From: Utricularia gibba
Lineage: Eukaryota; Plantae; Magnoliophyta
Length of the DNA stretch: 22,471 bases
Direction of reading: 5' to 3'
Assembly (NCBI GenBank): GCA_002189035.1
Contig: NEEC01000266.1
Span: 1-22,471 of the forward strand
The number at the start of each line of letters is the position of its first letter. The first letter of the stretch is position 1. The position numbers and the translations under genes are program-made. Of this stretch, positions 22,269 through 22,471 are shown one piece after another. Under the pieces are notes generated by a model that had not been told where the DNA came from, searched no databases, and was given only the letters and a program-made list of their open reading frames with translations.

Positions 22269-22471
22269 GGTTGGTTTTAATAGGCGCCTAAATGGTTTTC
22301 TCATGGAAAAGCTTGTTGTTTTTGGCGGGTGATGTCGTTGTGAACTTCGTTGTGACCAAGGTTCGGTCTGTCACCTTTGCCAAATCTGGTCCTACTCGAC
22401 GAAAATCGTGATGCAGTTATTGAAGTTAGGATTTCATGAGAACCAAAAGGGTTTTCTCAACCGCGTGCTTT

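Larger units (their letters stand above)
1..22471. repeat. Tandem satellite DNA array, ~312-bp monomer, 72 complete copies + 1 partial; probably a plant satellite, possibly the Silene SacI/X43.1 subtelomeric family
   Basis: Anchor GGTCCTACTCGACGAAAATCGTGATGCAGTTATTGAAGTTAGGAT recurs at 1, 313, 624, 933, 1242, 1549, 1853, 2163, 2471, 2780, 3089, 3396, 3707, 4015, 4329, 4630, 4942, 5252, 5563, 5875, 6188, 6497, 6809, 7121, 7418, 7731, 8044, 8354, 8662, 8973, 9287, 9602, 9916, 10229, 10541, 10847, 11162, 11472, 11781, 12091, 12400, 12714, 13020, 13334, 13649, 13962, 14274, 14581, 14896, 15208, 15505, 15817, 16124, 16436, 16751, 17061, 17374, 17690, 18003, 18319, 18627, 18941, 19253, 19545, 19854, 20161, 20474, 20789, 21101, 21412, 21725, 22038, 22388. 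No spacer, inversion or foreign insertion seen. Confidence applies to the satellite call; the family name is only about 0.5. Confidence 0.99.

Noticed and set aside
1-22471. CRISPR-like array (invariant 45-bp block recurring regularly)
   Set aside because: The sequence between blocks is homologous in every unit rather than made of unique spacers, it is about 265 bp long, and no cas genes or leader are present.
1-22471. 5S rDNA, tRNA or snRNA tandem gene array
   Set aside because: I see no recognisable 5S rRNA sequence, Pol III A/B/C boxes, cloverleaf or Sm site. The two-half 157-bp structure explains the unit.
1-22471. Telomere-repeat tract
   Set aside because: Only isolated degenerate motifs (GTTAGG, ATTAGG, TTTAGG) occur and there is no (TTTAGGG)n run. 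Chromosome-end position cannot be shown from this window.
1-22471. Transposon insertion, LTR or orientation switch within the array
   Set aside because: Every interval between anchors is 292-350 bp and alignable to the monomer, leaving no room for foreign sequence. No reverse-complement copy of the anchor was seen.

Overview
The whole 22,471-bp window is one uninterrupted head-to-tail tandem satellite array with no supportable genes. Using GGTCCTACTCGACGAAAATCG as the anchor, I count 72 complete monomers (292-350 bp, mostly 306-316, mean about 311 bp; about 45-46% GC in the one monomer counted) plus an 84-bp partial copy, all in the same orientation. Monomer size, base composition and an internal SacI site (GAGCTC) fit my recollection of the ~313-bp subtelomeric SacI/X43.1 satellite of Silene latifolia, but this assignment is from memory and needs a database search. 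All listed ORFs are chance translations of the repeat. The notable content is nested structure: (1) each monomer is a diverged dimer of two ~157-bp subrepeats; (2) two monomer subfamilies (N and S) alternate non-randomly, giving ~620-bp dimers; (3) a 13-monomer, ~4.04-kb higher-order repeat (HOR) is present in two full copies plus flanking partial copies, with internal 5+8 spacing; (4) shorter 7-, 8- and 10-monomer offset duplications occur on the left; (5) local lesions include a shared deletion with a possibly templated patch, a perfect 38-bp duplication and extra private substitutions at the right end. Many 1-bp homopolymer indels probably reflect long-read consensus error. I found no evidence of a novel protein-coding or CRISPR-like system.
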